The notes beneath the pieces are model-generated. The model had not been told where the DNA came from, did not search any database, and saw nothing but the letters and a program-made list of their open reading frames with translations. A stretch of 64,000 bases of DNA from Macrostomum lignano (Eukaryota): the NCBI GenBank assembly GCA_002269645.1, contig NIVC01000696.1, forward strand, positions 407,526-471,525. Reading direction: 5' to 3'. Each line of letters opens with the position of its first letter. The stretch's first letter is position 1. Below are positions 61,327-64,000 of the stretch, in pieces. The translations under genes were made by a program, and so were the position numbers.

Positions 61327-64000
61327 ATGAAAGGTGCATTCTTTAACGACTCATCTGAAGAAGCCAACGCTACTGGCAATGGCACCGAGGACGATTGCGC
61401 TAAAAGCTTACGTCTCTTCACTGACAGCGAGCGCCGCTTCATTCTTGTCACTGACGTTGGTCTATCCTCCGCAATCTGCTTGCTTGGCCTGCTTCTCAAT
61501 TCACTGTCTATTGTCGTGCTCAAGCGAGATGTGCGCCGATCATCAATGAGTATTCTACTCCTGGCTCTTGCAATCTGTGAGCTTTTATTTCCTTTTTGTT
61601 AGTACAAAAAATACTGGGTGCAAACGATGGGATTACCTTTTCGGGTCTAGAAGGCACCTCCGCACAATCTTTTTCTTCCAAGACTAACAGTATTTCAGGT
61701 TTCGACTTAGCGTCGTGCTTTGAACGTTCAGATTTTTTACTAACTCAGATTATTAACCCCAGAAATATGCCACTCCCAAAAATCGCCACCTTTACATAAA
61801 TTCGCTCATTTCTCTAGAAAACAGAGCCTTTCGCGAATTTCAGGAGCTCTGAGCTCATTTCTAACTGACTGGTGGCTGCTTCCCCACCTAATCCCCTTCT
61901 ATTTAGCTTTATGCTATTCGAGATACTATTTCTTTTTTTCACTAGATTTACCAGCATAGATATGCATCCTAATTTGATGCATATTTTATCAACCCGAGAA
62001 TGGACGTCGTGTTGCTTTTATCAAAATGCTTTTAGTGAACTTCTTGTAGTGCAAGATAAGAAATGTGACGTGAGGAACAATATGTATAAGGATTCTTTAG
62101 TGCAAGAAAGGATTTAGCGTGAAAGAAAATCTCCCGTTTACAGCAAAAGAAGCTCGATCGCCAGAGCCAAGGCTTAGTTAAACTGAGACGTTTCACTTCG
62201 GATTGACGCGTTTGCTCACGGCCCGATCTCAACTCTCGCACTCGTCTTTTGAAAAGTTGTTCATCTTGATTTTTGAGCTCGCTATCGGTACTTCTTTAAA
62301 TCCCGATCGCCCCCTGGAGCGCGCACTGGCTGAGTGTTTCCAGCTCGTACCAAGAGTGAGTGGCCGACTGTGAGGCCAGTGGAGGAGGGGGGGGAGAAAA
62401 AAGTTAGCAAAGTGAGCCAGGGAGCAAGAAGCTTTTTCTCTTTTCGCTTTGCCTGATTGAGCATACAAACCCCGGTTAATATCGCAACTTGCGTTCGGCT
62501 TGATTAGCCAGGAGATTCGCCGGCGAGAGCCCTTTTGCTCCTTTGCTCTGATGCAGCTTAATCATCCTTTCGTTTCTCTTGACTGGCATCCCGAGAGACT
62601 GTTTATCAGAAGAAAATTCCAACTTGAGTCATTTTTGGACCCCGGGAGGGAACGCGCTTGCAGCTACGAGTAACTCACGAGCAACTCAAGGCTCCTGCTG
62701 AGTGTGAGTATGTATATATTAACCAGTGATTAAGAACAGTTTGACTTTTCCCTGTATTTAAGCTTGGCACACTTTCGACTTTGCCCGTCGAAATTTTCTT
62801 ATAAAAAAATAATCTAGTCATTTATAACGAAATCGTTTAAACAAGAGTTCTTTTTGTTCGGTGCATACGCTCGTATGTATACGAGACCCAATAAAGTACT
62901 GACATTTTCAGTCCTGTTGTACAACTGATTTCAGGTGACATTTCGATTTCGCTTTTCGTTAATTTCAGCGGAAATTAATTAATTCTTCGATCTACCAATG
63001 CATGACGTTTGCAGTAGGCTGTGATTCCAAAGGGTCAGGGTCGCCACTGAGTTGTCAGCCGGTAACTTGGCTACTGTTGCCTAAGCACCATATTGAAGTC
63101 CATTTTGATCAATGCATGATTAGTTCTGATCAGCGTGTACGAGTACAGAAAACCAATTCTAGCTGGGTTGGGCCTCTGGAACTCATCATCCGCACAGAGT
63201 TTGATGCACCGGGATGCAAATGATACGCTTGTTGAATACACTCTTTTGTCCTAATTTTGTTCTTATTTATAAAAAATTGCAGCCTTCCTCCACTGTAGCT
63301 GAACTTGAAGCACACATGCGGGATAATTAAGTTTCTGTTTCTTCTCTGTAACAGCTGTAATAAAAAATCTTAAGTGGATTCAGGCGCTGTCAATCAACGA
63401 ACTTATTAGTATGCTATGCTATTGGATATTCTATTGGATATGTGGGAAAAGTTTTACTTCAAACTTTCCCTCTTCAAATTGTCCCCTGTTTTATTTCGAG
63501 CGTAATGATTAAAGTACGCTTTTACCCGCGTAAGAACGGTCGTTAACGAAACACTGTACCTGAATCTGTCACAATTCAGTGGCAAGACATTCTACCGACA
63601 CCCAACCAACTGATTTTCTTCATTGCAGTCGATTTGACCTTCATCTTACTGTCGGCGCCCTACTTCGTTGTGTACATGGGCCTGGGCTCCATCATCCAGG
63701 ACTCACATGGCGTAACTCTGCAGACATGGCTCCATGCCAGTCCCGGCATTCAGTTAATCCTGCCAGCTGTTTATTATCTGGGCAATGTTGCACGAACAGG
63801 TCGGAACTGGATTGTCCTGCTGGTGGCACTGGATCGCTATATGGTTGTGCAGAATCCGTTCTTATCCACGCAGCGCAGCAATCCGAAGCGGTCAAGGCTT
63901 TACTGCATATGCGTCACGATTACGGCCATGTTTTACAACTTCCCGCTATTCCTGGAGTATAAATCGGATACGATAAAGTGCTTAAATATCAGCTTGATTT
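61327..64000 (+). CDS. Rhodopsin-family peptide GPCR (FMRFamide-receptor-like), 5' part; exons 61327-61576 and 63629->64000
   Basis: N-glycosylation sites, TM1 (GLLLNSLSIVVL), TM2 (LLLALAI|FDLTFILL; phase-1 GT-AG join), TM3 (NVARTGRNWIVLLVALDRYMVVQNP) and TM4 (MFYNFPLFLEY). The frame is open to the window end. Confidence 0.88.

Noticed and set aside
1-64000. Spliced-leader RNA, snRNA or rRNA genes
   Set aside because: No sequence recognisable as these was seen by eye. A covariance-model scan (Infernal/Rfam) would be needed to exclude them.

Overview
Eukaryotic (animal) genomic DNA with spliceosomal GT-AG introns. GC-rich Ala/Gln-rich exons, minisatellite-filled introns and the transposon types suggest a free-living flatworm such as Macrostomum (inference). 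Genes I could reconstruct exon by exon: a protocadherin (-, runs off the left edge), a cyclic-nucleotide-binding-domain protein (-), a divergent Rab-like GTPase (+), an ABCG2-like half transporter (-), an intronless hnRNP L-like gene with a one-base frameshift (+), a VPS33/Sec1-family gene (+), and the 5' part of a peptide-type rhodopsin GPCR (+, runs off the right edge). Between them are four hAT MITEs with 8-bp TSDs, a MULE-like foldback, a deleted Tc1/IS630-like element, a 5'-truncated Penelope element with a hammerhead-like motif, decayed LINEs and many minisatellites. Most unusual observations: (1) a 9.4-kb VPS33 intron built of 138 tandem 68-nt units, each starting with the gene's own 5' splice site and ending in CAG, plus a tandemly repeated 3' splice site in the next intron; (2) a sharply bounded 6.8-kb AT-rich island nearly stripped of CpG, holding an inverted pair of decayed TATA-led paralogues that differ at CpG-type transitions; (3) a decayed USP (peptidase C19)-like reading frame behind 160-bp tandem repeats. 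No prokaryotic features such as CRISPR arrays or operons were found.
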